Shown one piece after another: positions 1 through 9,172 of a stretch of DNA of 18,874 bases. Origin of the DNA: Candidatus Hydrogenedentota bacterium (GTDB lineage: Bacteria > Hydrogenedentota > Hydrogenedentia > Hydrogenedentales > GCA-2746185). The position numbers and the translations under genes are program-made. Positions within the stretch are counted from its first letter, which is position 1; every line of letters starts with the position of its first letter. The DNA is taken from assembly GCA_046583315.1 (NCBI GenBank), contig JAYGCN010000092.1:1-18874 (forward strand), read 5' to 3'. The notes under the pieces are model-generated. The model ran no database searches, was not told the DNA's origin, and was given only the letters and a program-made list of their open reading frames with translations.

Positions 1-2
1 CG

Positions 3-598
3 ATCAGCTTTCGGGATTTCTGGACGCGCTGGCACATTTCGCTGTCCAGCTGGTTTCGGGATTACGTGTATATTCCGCTGGGCGGATCGCGTCGGTCGAA
101 ATACGTGGGCATGCGAAAACATGGGCATCACGATGGTCGTCTCGGGACTCTGGCGCGGCGTGGACCTTCGTCGTCTGGGGAGCATTGCATGCACTGTATC
201 TCGCCGTGGAACGCCTTACCAGTTGGCCCGAGAAATTGCAGAAACTTCCCGGAGGCCGACACGCCAGCGCCCTCATCATTTTCGTGCTCGTTCTCGTCGC
301 TTGGGTCTATTTCCGTGCGCATTCGTTCACTCAGGCGCAAACGATTGTCGCGCAACTCTTCGATTTGAGCCACTGGAATCTCGACCAGGCACTCACCGGT
401 ATGAGCGGAAAAGCACTGCTGCTCACCGCCCTGATCGCGTTGCGCCAAGTCTATGTCTATTTTGTAAAAACGCCTCTTTTCGAATCGCCCCGATTTGCCC
501 GAATCGAAGGTTTACAGCCCGTATTGTTGGCGATTCTGATTTTGGCCTGTGTGTTCTTCCGTGGACCCGGCGAGGCGTTTATCTACTTCCAATTTTAG
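3..598 (+). pseudogene. MBOAT family O-acyltransferase (AlgI/DltB-like), 5'-truncated by the window edge, with two apparent frameshifts
   Basis: Frame 3 from nt 3 reads [31 protein letters not shown] (MBOAT signature). Frame 1 from 121 reads [11 protein letters not shown]. Frame 2 from 161 reads [18 protein letters not shown] and ends FIYFQF* at 598, a typical AlgI C-terminus. The indels lie near 116-119 and 151-160 and could be sequencing errors. Confidence 0.85.
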
Positions 599-613
599 CG
601 AGAGAGGATCAGT

Positions 614-1582
614 TTGACCGATACGCAACATATTAAAGACGACGCAACAGAGGGAAACCTCTGGCGGGACCGATCCGCGCAGACGCTCGTGCTCGCATGT
701 GTGTTCATCGCGATACTCGGCACGCTGCGGCGTAACGACACCAGCGGCATGGAGCCCGAAGCGTTTTGGGCGATGAAGTCCGAATGGAACAACGAGGCCG
801 ACGTGATATTGCTTGGCGATTCCCGTACGCTGGTGGGCGTGTCGCCCGACGCGATGGAGCCGTCGTTTCCCGACCAGCGAATCCTGAACTATGCCTTCCA
901 TGCCGTGGGGTATACCGAATCCTATTTTCAGGAAGTCGATTCGTTGTTGAAGGAGTCCTCCACTCATCCGGCAATCGTTCTGGGCATTAGCCCCCTGACC
1001 CTGACGAAATCGTCCGCGCGCGATAACGGCTTCCTGAACTACATCGTGGACGGCAACACTGCGAAACTCGGAAGTCGATTTGCCACGATGCGCCAGTTTT
1101 TTGCACCCATCACAACCCGTGAACTCATCAATACGCTGGGATCGGAAGGAAAAGCATTTCACGAGTACCGACGCTATCACCAAAGCGGTTGGCTCGAAGC
1201 CTACGACGCTCCTGAAGATCCGGGCGAAAGCATGGCGACCTACTCAGTGATGTTTCGACCAGAAAAACGCGGGCCGTCGCACGAGGATGTGGTAGACCTT
1301 GTCATCAACGCGACCAACGAATGGACGAATCGCGGCATTCGCGTCTACGCCTTTCGACCACCTACCTGCGAGGCCATGATCGCGCTGGAAGAGGAGCAAT
1401 CTCAGTGGGATCTCCCGGGTTTCGTTGAAGGGTTTGAGGCTGCGGGCGGAATTTGGCTGACATTTGACGAGGATCGCTACCATTCCTACGACAACAGCCA
1501 TCTTGATCGGGAGCCGGCAACGCGATTTTCAGAAGATCTCGCAACACTGATCGCCAAAAAACAACAGAGAACGGTTGAATAA
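614..1582 (+). CDS. Membrane-anchored SGNH/GDSL-like protein (AlgJ/DltD-like partner of the MBOAT)
   Basis: TTG start after GAGAGGA. N-terminal hydrophobic anchor, LLGDSR block I motif and a C-terminal DNSH (DxxH) motif. Lies directly downstream of the MBOAT gene. Confidence 0.7.
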   Translation: MTDTQHIKDDATEGNLWRDRSAQTLVLACVFIAILGTLRRNDTSGMEPEAFWAMKSEWNNEADVILLGDSRTLVGVSPDAMEPSFPDQRILNYAFHAVGYTESYFQEVDSLLKESSTHPAIVLGISPLTLTKSSARDNGFLNYIVDGNTAKLGSRFATMRQFFAPITTRELINTLGSEGKAFHEYRRYHQSGWLEAYDAPEDPGESMATYSVMFRPEKRGPSHEDVVDLVINATNEWTNRGIRVYAFRPPTCEAMIALEEEQSQWDLPGFVEGFEAAGGIWLTFDEDRYHSYDNSHLDREPATRFSEDLATLIAKKQQRTVE

Positions 1583-1600
1583 AGCGCGACGATGCCGATT

Positions 1601-1629
1601 TTGACCTGTTGACATGCCCGTGCTATCGT
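1601..1629 (+). promoter_or_regulatory. Putative sigma70 promoter with extended -10
   Basis: TTGACC (1601-1606), a 17-nt spacer, then TGc-TATCGT (1621-1629). SD GAGGAG at 1635-1640 precedes ATG 1647. Confidence 0.55.
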
Positions 1630-1646
1630 CGCACGAGGAGAAGACT

Positions 1647-2960
1647 ATGAAAACACACAATATTTCGACTCTCAAATACCTGTTCCTGGGCTTGACCGTG
1701 ACCTTTGCCAATGGACTCGTCTTGGCAGATGACTGGCCCCAATGGCGCGGCCTCAATCGAGACGGCGTGTGGCATGAGACGGGTCTGCTAGAGAAGTTTG
1801 ACGGTCCCCAATTACCGATCAAATGGAAAGCAAAACTATCCAACGGTTATTCAGGACCGACCGTGGCCAGGGGGCGCGTGTACGTAACGGATCGCGTCGA
1901 AGAACCGGAAGCGATGGAACGTGTGCTGTGTTTCGATGAGCAAACGGGTAAGGAACTCTGGACACACGAGTATGCCTGCGCGTACAAGAGTGTCGGATAC
2001 CCGGATGGTCCGCGCGCATCCGTGACCGTTATCGATGGCCTGGCCTATTCGCTCGGCACAATGGGGCATCTGCGTTGTCTCGATGCCGTAACCGGCGAGT
2101 TAATCTGGAACAAGGATCCTGGAATCGACTACGACATCAAGAAACCTGTCTGGGGTATCACCTCGGCGCCTCTCGTAGACAACGATCTCGTGATTGTTCA
2201 ACTGGGCGCGCGACCGGACGCGTGCATCGTCGGGTTGGATCGACTCACGGGTGACGAAGTATGGCGCTCCCTCGAAGATGAGGCGTCCTATTCCGCTCCG
2301 GTCATCATTGAACAGAACGATACGCGTGTATTGGTGTGTTGGACGGCGGCCAATATCGCAGGGTTGAATCCCGCTACGGGCGAGGTTTACTGGGCATACG
2401 AGACACCCCCCGAGAAAATGGTCATCAACGTGCCGACACCGGTAATTGACGGGAATCGGATGTTTCTCTCCTCATTTTACGATGGTTCATACATGTTCCG
2501 CTTAGGTCAGGACTCGGTCAGCATCGAGAACATCTGGCAACGGCGTGGTCGCAACGAGCGTAAGACCGACGCATTGCACGCCATGATTGTGACACCAATC
2601 CTGGACGGGGAGTACATCTACGGTGTGGACAGCTACGGGCAGCTGAGATGCCTCAATGCGAGCAACGGCGACCGTATCTGGGAAGACCTCACGGCTGTGC
2701 CGGAAGCACGATGGGCCACGATTCACATGGTCCGCAACGGCGACAAAGTTTGGATGTTTAACGACCAGGGCGAGCTCATTATCTGCACGCTTTCACCGGA
2801 GGGTTATAACGAAATCAGCCGGACCCAACTGATTAGTCCTACCAAAGGACAACTCAATCGCGGTGACGGCGTGGCTTGGTCGCATCCCGCTTATGCCAAC
2901 AAACATATTTTCATTCGCAACGACAACGAACTGGTTTGCGCCAGTCTCGCGGCTGAATAG
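1647..2960 (+). CDS. Secreted PQQ-binding-like beta-propeller repeat protein (BamB-like)
   Basis: Signal peptide followed by DDWPQWRGLNRDG, GYSGPTV, repeated 'D..TG...W' blades and a C-terminal WSHPAYANKHIFIRN. ATG 1647 has a strong SD and is preferred over 1614. Confidence 0.85.
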   Translation: MKTHNISTLKYLFLGLTVTFANGLVLADDWPQWRGLNRDGVWHETGLLEKFDGPQLPIKWKAKLSNGYSGPTVARGRVYVTDRVEEPEAMERVLCFDEQTGKELWTHEYACAYKSVGYPDGPRASVTVIDGLAYSLGTMGHLRCLDAVTGELIWNKDPGIDYDIKKPVWGITSAPLVDNDLVIVQLGARPDACIVGLDRLTGDEVWRSLEDEASYSAPVIIEQNDTRVLVCWTAANIAGLNPATGEVYWAYETPPEKMVINVPTPVIDGNRMFLSSFYDGSYMFRLGQDSVSIENIWQRRGRNERKTDALHAMIVTPILDGEYIYGVDSYGQLRCLNASNGDRIWEDLTAVPEARWATIHMVRNGDKVWMFNDQGELIICTLSPEGYNEISRTQLISPTKGQLNRGDGVAWSHPAYANKHIFIRNDNELVCASLAAE

Positions 2961-2971
2961 AGGAGAACCGA

Positions 2972-4384
2972 ATGCACGAATTGCTTGGATTATCGTTGGT
3001 CGACCTGACGGAGAAATTACTCGCACGAGACGCGTCGCCAGTAGAGCTGATGGAAGCCGTGCTTGCGCGCATCGACGAGACGCATGAGGATATCAATGCT
3101 GTCGTTGCCATGCGGGATCGGGATGCTTTGATGGATGACGCAAAAGAAGCCGAGGCACGTATCTCGAAGGGTGATGGACGACCACTCGAAGGCGTACCGT
3201 TGGGCGTGAAGGATCTGGAAGACGCGGCAGGCTTGGTTACGTCCATGGGATCGCGACCCTTTGCGGACGACGTGGCTACACAGGATTCCGATCAGGTCGC
3301 GCGACTCCGGGCTGCAGGCGCGATTCTGCTTGGCAAGACCAATGCGCCGGAGTTTGGCTATACAGCAATCACGAAAAATCTGGTCTACGGCGTGACCCGT
3401 TCCCCGTGGAATTTGGAGCGCACACCGGGCGGATCAAGCGGCGGCTCATCGGCTGCCATGGCCGGATGCGTGTTGCCATTGGTGACGGGTAGCGATGGCG
3501 GCGGATCGGTACGTATTCCGGCGAGTTTTACCGGTTGCTTCGGCCTCAAACCGTCATACGGGCGAATCTCGTATGGCCCCAAGAAACGTTGGGGGTATAA
3601 CGACACCGCGGGGCATGGACCCATCACAAAAACGGTGGAAGATGCCGCGTTGTTCATGGATCACACCGCCGGGTCATCGCCGCACGATCCCAACTCGTTG
3701 CCGCATCCCGGATATTCGTACCTGGAGAAGGTTCGAGAACCCATGACCGAGACGTTGCGCATTGGCTACTCGCCGGATCTCGGTTTCGCCGTTGTTCAGT
3801 CCGATATCGCGGCGACTATCGAGCAAGGCGTCAAGGTTTTCGAAGGGCTCGGTCATCGTGTCGAAGAAGTGAAAGGTGGACCGCCCCTGATGGCGGCCGA
3901 ATGGGGGAAAATGGGTGCCTTCGAAATCGGAGGCGGCCTTCACAGTTTGATGGCTGAACACGAGTCGGAGTTTGGGCGCTCGTTTCTCGCGGGTATCAAG
4001 AATTCGGAGTCGTTGACGGCCGAATGGTGGGGTAAGGCCGCCCATAAACGCGAACAATTGAACGCCTGGTGTGCCGATATTTTCGATCAATACGACATTC
4101 TCGTTACGCCAACACTTTCCTTTGATCCGCCGCCTGCTGGCGGACCGTTTCCCGCTGAAACCGAGGGTCGCAAGCAAGTGGATGTCGGCGTGGCAGCGTT
4201 TACCGTTCCGTTTAACTTGTCGTGGCATCCCGCCGCAACGGTGCGGGCAGGAATATCTGACGCGGGGCTACCCATTGGATTACAAATCGTCGGTCCGCGT
4301 CACCGCGATGATATCGTGCTTCGTGCGGCACGCCTGTTCGAATCCGAACGCCCCTGGCATCCGGAATGGCCCACGAGCTGGTAA
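2972..4384 (+). CDS. Amidase signature (AS) family amidase
   Basis: GVPLGVKD (catalytic Lys), GKTNAPEFG, PGGSSGGSSAA, GSDGGGSVRIPA (catalytic Ser) and GLPIGLQIVG. SD AGGAG. Confidence 0.93.
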   Translation: MHELLGLSLVDLTEKLLARDASPVELMEAVLARIDETHEDINAVVAMRDRDALMDDAKEAEARISKGDGRPLEGVPLGVKDLEDAAGLVTSMGSRPFADDVATQDSDQVARLRAAGAILLGKTNAPEFGYTAITKNLVYGVTRSPWNLERTPGGSSGGSSAAMAGCVLPLVTGSDGGGSVRIPASFTGCFGLKPSYGRISYGPKKRWGYNDTAGHGPITKTVEDAALFMDHTAGSSPHDPNSLPHPGYSYLEKVREPMTETLRIGYSPDLGFAVVQSDIAATIEQGVKVFEGLGHRVEEVKGGPPLMAAEWGKMGAFEIGGGLHSLMAEHESEFGRSFLAGIKNSESLTAEWWGKAAHKREQLNAWCADIFDQYDILVTPTLSFDPPPAGGPFPAETEGRKQVDVGVAAFTVPFNLSWHPAATVRAGISDAGLPIGLQIVGPRHRDDIVLRAARLFESERPWHPEWPTSW

Positions 4385-4401
4385 TCGATTTTCAGAATCA
4401 A

Positions 4402-6186
4402 TCAGTGATGATCGTACCAGATGGGCGAGGAATACGCGCGCTCCTGAATCGTCGTGGCGTGATCGGTGGGAATCGGTATTCCCAGTTCTTTGGCATCAAA
4501 CATGCTCCAGCGTGGCGTTGGGATTTCGAGAACACGCACATAATAGAACGCATTTTGATCCGCTTTGAAATTGGGATCGCTCCAGGTGCCCATCAACTCC
4601 ACCGAACCCACCGAGTTCGAATATTCGAGCGTGTCGAGATTCACCGTGTTCTTGATCGCCGGAACTTTTCCGGTTTTGGAATCCTTCACCCGATCACCTG
4701 ACCACACGGCATCGTATACCTGTTCGTGACTCTCACCGTTTTCGATCCACCCTTTCACGACTTGAAAGCGATCCAGATTCGCGCCTTCAGCATCTTTGAT
4801 CGCCCACAACGCGAAGGTAGGTGCGTCGCCCGCTTGGGTCGCTTTCAGTTCTCCGCCCATCGGAACGCCGCCGGCATAGGCCGCATTGACCCAGCCGTCG
4901 TCACCCGGTTTTACATCGGCCATATCGAATCCGCCGAAGAAACGAACCTGAATCCGCGGTCCACTCGTGCCCCAGGTTTCTTTTCGGTCCAACGCGTCAA
5001 AGATGTCCTCGCGGGTGTTTTCATCGGCCCATACGCCGGCCAATCCAGACGCGCCAAAAAAGCTGTACCGTTGTTTTCCGGCGTCCGAGACAAGCCTGTT
5101 CTCCGGTGAGCCGTCTCGCGAGCTGATTTTGCCGGAGAATTGATTTTCATCGACAGGCACGATGCCCGTGTGGCTATCCGAGGCCGCGATGAGTCCGAAT
5201 CGGTAGGGGTTAAAGCCGTTTTCCTCCTGAAATTCAAGGCCCGTGCGGTAGGCATCGCGCACGTAGCTGCCTTTGAACTTCGTAATCGGAATCGGCATCG
5301 CAACGTACAGTTCCAGCAACTCGAAATCCGCGAACTCATCGTTCGGACTCAATGTCGGGTGTGTTTCGGAGGTCCCCTTCACCTGAGTCACTTCCACCAG
5401 GCGCTCGTTGCGATTCCGGGCTTCCGCATACTCTTTGGTGAAGGGTATATCCCAACTATCCTCGCGTTCGAACATACGACCGTCCGAAAGATTGGAGTTG
5501 TGCGGAATGGCGAGCACCTCGTTGCCTTCTTCACGTACTTTGTCCATCCATGCCCAGAGGTCTTCGGGGCGATCCGACTGAATGCGTGTGAATGGAATTG
5601 GAGCCGTGTCGCCCCTGAAGATCACATTGCGATGCAGATTTTGTGAGTTCGGCGTACTCGTCCATTCGTAGCCGATCAGTGCTGTGAATGTGCCCGGATC
5701 GTTGTGTCGATTCGCGGAGTCGATGATATGGTCCCATGTCTCCTTCATGATCGCGGGATCGGTCAGACCCCGGATCAATGCCGGAGTCGCAGCACCACCG
5801 ACGATATCGCGAAAGGCTGAAGACATGATATCCGGGTCAGGGCTGTTTACTTTATTCGCGATGGGCAATTTCGACAAGGGATGCGTGGGGTCAGCCATTT
5901 TCGCGAAAGCACCCAGAAACATTCCGTGATCGGTGACCGCCATGAAATCGAGTGGACGGGTCAGTTGATAGGTCTTGCCCAACGCGTGTTTCAGCGGCTT
6001 GCCTTTTGCGAAGTTATAGGCGTCGTCCGGCGTTGCGCGGGTGTTGAACAGGTAAGCGTCGAAGGACCACGCCGTATGCATGTGCAATTCGCCGAACAAC
6101 GCTTTGCGGTTGGCTTCTTCGCTGTAGGCGGTCGTGCTAAGAGCCACAATCAACCCGGCTACCCAAATATGCTGAAATGTCTTCAT
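4402..6186 (-). CDS. Secreted DUF3604 domain protein (PHP-like metal-dependent hydrolase fold)
   Basis: Signal peptide; FGELHMHTAWSFDA, LDFMAVTDH, GYEWTS, NLHRNVIFR, IPHNSNLSDG, KGTSETHP, SDSH, YYVRVLEIPTPRWS and IQERAYSSPIWY. SD AAGGAGAG supports ATG 6186. Confidence 0.88.
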   Translation of the reverse strand: MKTFQHIWVAGLIVALSTTAYSEEANRKALFGELHMHTAWSFDAYLFNTRATPDDAYNFAKGKPLKHALGKTYQLTRPLDFMAVTDHGMFLGAFAKMADPTHPLSKLPIANKVNSPDPDIMSSAFRDIVGGAATPALIRGLTDPAIMKETWDHIIDSANRHNDPGTFTALIGYEWTSTPNSQNLHRNVIFRGDTAPIPFTRIQSDRPEDLWAWMDKVREEGNEVLAIPHNSNLSDGRMFEREDSWDIPFTKEYAEARNRNERLVEVTQVKGTSETHPTLSPNDEFADFELLELYVAMPIPITKFKGSYVRDAYRTGLEFQEENGFNPYRFGLIAASDSHTGIVPVDENQFSGKISSRDGSPENRLVSDAGKQRYSFFGASGLAGVWADENTREDIFDALDRKETWGTSGPRIQVRFFGGFDMADVKPGDDGWVNAAYAGGVPMGGELKATQAGDAPTFALWAIKDAEGANLDRFQVVKGWIENGESHEQVYDAVWSGDRVKDSKTGKVPAIKNTVNLDTLEYSNSVGSVELMGTWSDPNFKADQNAFYYVRVLEIPTPRWSMFDAKELGIPIPTDHATTIQERAYSSPIWYDHH

Positions 6187-6287
6187 GCCCACTCTCCTTG
6201 AAATCGATTTAGATTATTGTAAGAACACGATACGGCAGGATGTCACCGGGAACAGTCTCCACGAAACACGGTCAACATTCAAACTTC

Positions 6288-7568
6288 TTATCCAGGCGAC
6301 GCTTTGCCCTCATTCCAGCGTGTCGCCGTCAGCAACGCTGCGATGATCGAGAAAATCACGAAGATCGGAAATATCCTGTCCCAGCCGTATCGGCTTTCAA
6401 TCGTCGCGACCAATATGGGAGACAAGGCCGCACCGATGGACCCGATGCCGTTGATGATACCGGCCGCCATTCCCGCGGCCTTCTGTGAGCCGATGTCCAT
6501 CGCGCCCGCCGCGGTCATCAATGCATCCGGGCCGAAAGTCATGATGCCGATCAATGAGAGACCCAGAATGTTCAGCCAGCCCTTCTGCGCAGCCAATGAC
6601 GGATAAATGAAGCAGGCGATAGCGAGACCAAAGAGCATGAAGCAGGCCACCGGAAATCGCCGCGAACCCATCAGTTTATCCGAGGCATAACCGGCAATAA
6701 TGACGCCAAAGAATCCAGCCAATTCGAATACCGTGGAAGCGTATCCCGCTTCGTCTACTTCGTAGCCCACAGACCGTACCATGAACATGGGAAGCCAAAA
6801 CAGGAAAGAGTAACGGATCATTTTGAGAAAGAAGTACATTGCGCCCGTCGTCCAAAGGGCCTTGGATTTTAATACCTCTTTCCAAACAGCAACGACGTTG
6901 TCCTCGTCACCCTCTTCTCGCTTATCAAGACCCGGTGTCGGTTCTTCAAAGTCTTTAAAGCCCGCATCCGAGGGTCGATTCCTGCCGAAGACGATATAGC
7001 ACACTGCAATGACCAGCAACGCCGCGGCAGGCGCATAAAAACCGCGACGCCATCCCAGATGCTCTAAAAACGGCGCGTTGAACACAGCCCAAGTCGCGAA
7101 AGCCGTTGCAAGCGCCCCGCCCAGGGCATAACACGTGCTCCACCACGCCATCACCACGCCTCGTTCCTCAGGGTGGAACCACGTAGACATATTCTTGATC
7201 ATGCCGGACCAGCCTGTCGATTGAGCGTAGCCGTTAACCACATACATCAAGCCGAGTAGCGTCAATGAACTCGCCGCGATTCCCATAAATACATTCGACG
7301 CGACGGCTACAAGGAGGCCGAGACCGACCACCAGCCGCGGGCCGAATCGATCGGACAGAAAGCCGTTCCCAAATTGCCCGATGGCATAAATCGTGAGATA
7401 ACCTGTCAGAATTATAGCGAGGTCACTTGTCGTGTATCCCAGGTCCTCCTCCAGCGTGGGCATGATCACACTAAAGTTTTTTCGACACAAATAAAAACCA
7501 GCGTACACAAACCACGTCAGCACGAACATTCGGTAACGCCAGAAGCGTAGGGAGTTTGAAATTGCCAT
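6288..7568 (-). CDS. MFS transporter, organophosphate:Pi antiporter (GlpT/UhpT/OPA) family
   Basis: About 12 hydrophobic segments; YAGFYLCRKNFS (GlpT R45/K46 region), GFLSDRFGPR, WFHPEERG, KMIRYSFLFWLP (R269 region) and AGYASDKL. Start placed at MAISNS (7568) rather than the ORF-finder 7661. Confidence 0.88.
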   Translation of the reverse strand: MAISNSLRFWRYRMFVLTWFVYAGFYLCRKNFSVIMPTLEEDLGYTTSDLAIILTGYLTIYAIGQFGNGFLSDRFGPRLVVGLGLLVAVASNVFMGIAASSLTLLGLMYVVNGYAQSTGWSGMIKNMSTWFHPEERGVVMAWWSTCYALGGALATAFATWAVFNAPFLEHLGWRRGFYAPAAALLVIAVCYIVFGRNRPSDAGFKDFEEPTPGLDKREEGDEDNVVAVWKEVLKSKALWTTGAMYFFLKMIRYSFLFWLPMFMVRSVGYEVDEAGYASTVFELAGFFGVIIAGYASDKLMGSRRFPVACFMLFGLAIACFIYPSLAAQKGWLNILGLSLIGIMTFGPDALMTAAGAMDIGSQKAAGMAAGIINGIGSIGAALSPILVATIESRYGWDRIFPIFVIFSIIAALLTATRWNEGKASPG

Positions 7569-7678
7569 AGCGTCGAGTATACCGAATGCCATGAGACTGT
7601 TGTTAGCGACCTTCGACAGCGTTGACACCGCCGAAGGCATATCGTTCATGCCGACCGTCAATTTGTTACAATGAAGAT
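7569..7678. promoter_or_regulatory. Divergent promoter region, both transcripts probably leaderless
   Basis: Plus strand: TGt-TACAAT (7664-7672) lies 6 nt before ATG 7679. Minus strand: TATACT (7581-7576) lies 7 nt before ATG 7568. Neither start has a clear SD. An imperfect inverted repeat TTGAC..GGCAT / ATGCC..GTCAA spans 7622-7661. Confidence 0.55.
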
Positions 7679-9172
7679 ATGACTAATAAACAAGCTGTTG
7701 ATACGATTGAAGAAAAGCAAAAATCTCATGGGTCGCCAATTCGCACCGCCGTCATCCTCGCCGCAGGAAGGGGTATCCGCTTGAAAGAACGCGGAAAACT
7801 GACCCCAAAGGGTTTTCTGCAGTTGGGTGAGAAGCCGATTATTGAGGAGTCCATTGTGCGTCTTCTGAGCGTGGGCATCAAACGTATCGTAATCGTCACG
7901 GGACATCTCGCTGACCAATTCGATGCTTTATACGATCGCTATCCTGACACCGTGGAACTGGTACACAACCCGCATTACGCCGATTCGGGTACGATGTATT
8001 CTTTGTTTTGTGTGCGCGACTGCGTGAACGAAGCGTTCTTATTGTTGGAAGGGGATCTCGTTTATGAACGCCGGGCGCTCACCACATGCCTGGAACATCC
8101 CAATGACAACATTCTATTGGTAGCGGGCTTTTCGAATACCAGCGACGAATACTTTGTGGAGTCAAAAAACGGTAACTTGGTAACCATTGCCAATGATCGG
8201 GCTCGTCTGGGTGCTGAGGTAGGGGGTGAGATGGTCGGCATTAGCAAAATCTCGCGATCCTTGTTTACTGTTATGTGCGAGACTTCAGAGCAGCGCTTTG
8301 GAACAACCCGTCACTTGGGGTATGAGATGGACGGACTCATTTCGGCAGCACAAGACATCCCCATAGCCTGTCCCGTCGTTGATGATTTGGTATGGTGCGA
8401 AATCGACGACGAGACGCATCTCGCGCGAGCGCGTGAAGAAGTGTACCCGCTTGTTCGCAAAATTGACGTGGAGCACGCGGGACAGAATAGCGATATCAGC
8501 AAGTTCAAAACGGTTGGTTTTTTTGGCGAACGCGAATTGATTATCAATCATGTTCGCGATTTTTATGAAACCGCGAATAAGCATCAGATTCGCTCGTGCA
8601 TCATGTTTGGCACCTTGTTGGGTCAGCTTCGTCACAACGATTTCATCCCTTGGGATGACGATGTCGATATCGTCATATTCGACTTCGATACGTTCCGGGA
8701 GCACTGCGTACCCGAACTGGAGCAGCAGGGATATACCGTCGAGCCGGATGTTCGCCTCGGGAAAAGAATGGGATGCCGACTTTTCCGCGACGACAGCGCA
8801 GCAGTTCCCGGCAAGCCCCGCCTACGATTTCCCTGGATAGGAATATGGGAACATGAAATAGGAGATGACGGGCTCGTCGTTCTACCCCCGGAAGGCGCAC
8901 GGTATAAGTTGGAGGATTTTCTCCCCATAAAGCAAGTCGACTTTCTGGGCATTCAGGTCGGAATTCCTCATGATTCCCAAGCAATCATGAATACCTGTTT
9001 CAATTCTGAGGACTGGATGGATGTGTGTCAGTTACCCTATCGCGATCATCGAAACGGTGGCGAACTTACCGGCTGGTCAGATCATAAATTCGACCTCCAG
9101 ACTGTTTTGGACTATCTTGATTCAGATGCGTCTTCTAATTCGGATGATATCTCCACGAACGTTTTCCAATGA
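7679..9172 (+). CDS. Fusion of an N-terminal PntC/LicC-like (phosphonate/phosphocholine) cytidylyltransferase and a C-terminal LicD-family phosphotransferase
   Basis: N-domain: AVILAAGRGIRL..PKG, LLLEGDLVYE, GEMVGISK, WCEIDDETHL. C-domain: FGTLLGQLRHNDFIPWDDDVDI (LicD/fukutin signature). One continuous frame. Confidence 0.88.
   Translation: MTNKQAVDTIEEKQKSHGSPIRTAVILAAGRGIRLKERGKLTPKGFLQLGEKPIIEESIVRLLSVGIKRIVIVTGHLADQFDALYDRYPDTVELVHNPHYADSGTMYSLFCVRDCVNEAFLLLEGDLVYERRALTTCLEHPNDNILLVAGFSNTSDEYFVESKNGNLVTIANDRARLGAEVGGEMVGISKISRSLFTVMCETSEQRFGTTRHLGYEMDGLISAAQDIPIACPVVDDLVWCEIDDETHLARAREEVYPLVRKIDVEHAGQNSDISKFKTVGFFGERELIINHVRDFYETANKHQIRSCIMFGTLLGQLRHNDFIPWDDDVDIVIFDFDTFREHCVPELEQQGYTVEPDVRLGKRMGCRLFRDDSAAVPGKPRLRFPWIGIWEHEIGDDGLVVLPPEGARYKLEDFLPIKQVDFLGIQVGIPHDSQAIMNTCFNSEDWMDVCQLPYRDHRNGGELTGWSDHKFDLQTVLDYLDSDASSNSDDISTNVFQ

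Noticed and set aside
1586..1632. 8-bp inverted repeat GCGACGAT/ATCGTCGC as a terminator
   Set aside because: The 31-nt loop and lack of a U-tract do not fit an intrinsic terminator.
2972..4384. GatA (Glu-tRNA amidotransferase subunit A)
   Set aside because: No gatB/gatC neighbours and no GatA-specific segments; treated as a generic amidase.
4366..6201. Chain of long plus-strand ORFs antisense to DUF3604, and similar shadow ORFs on the amidase, pbfA and SGNH genes
   Set aside because: Expected antisense shadows of codon-biased GC-rich genes, with no motifs or SD.
7569..7678. Overlapping ORF-finder starts 7661 (-) and 7622 (+)
   Set aside because: These alternative-codon extensions run through the divergent promoter region and carry no family motifs.
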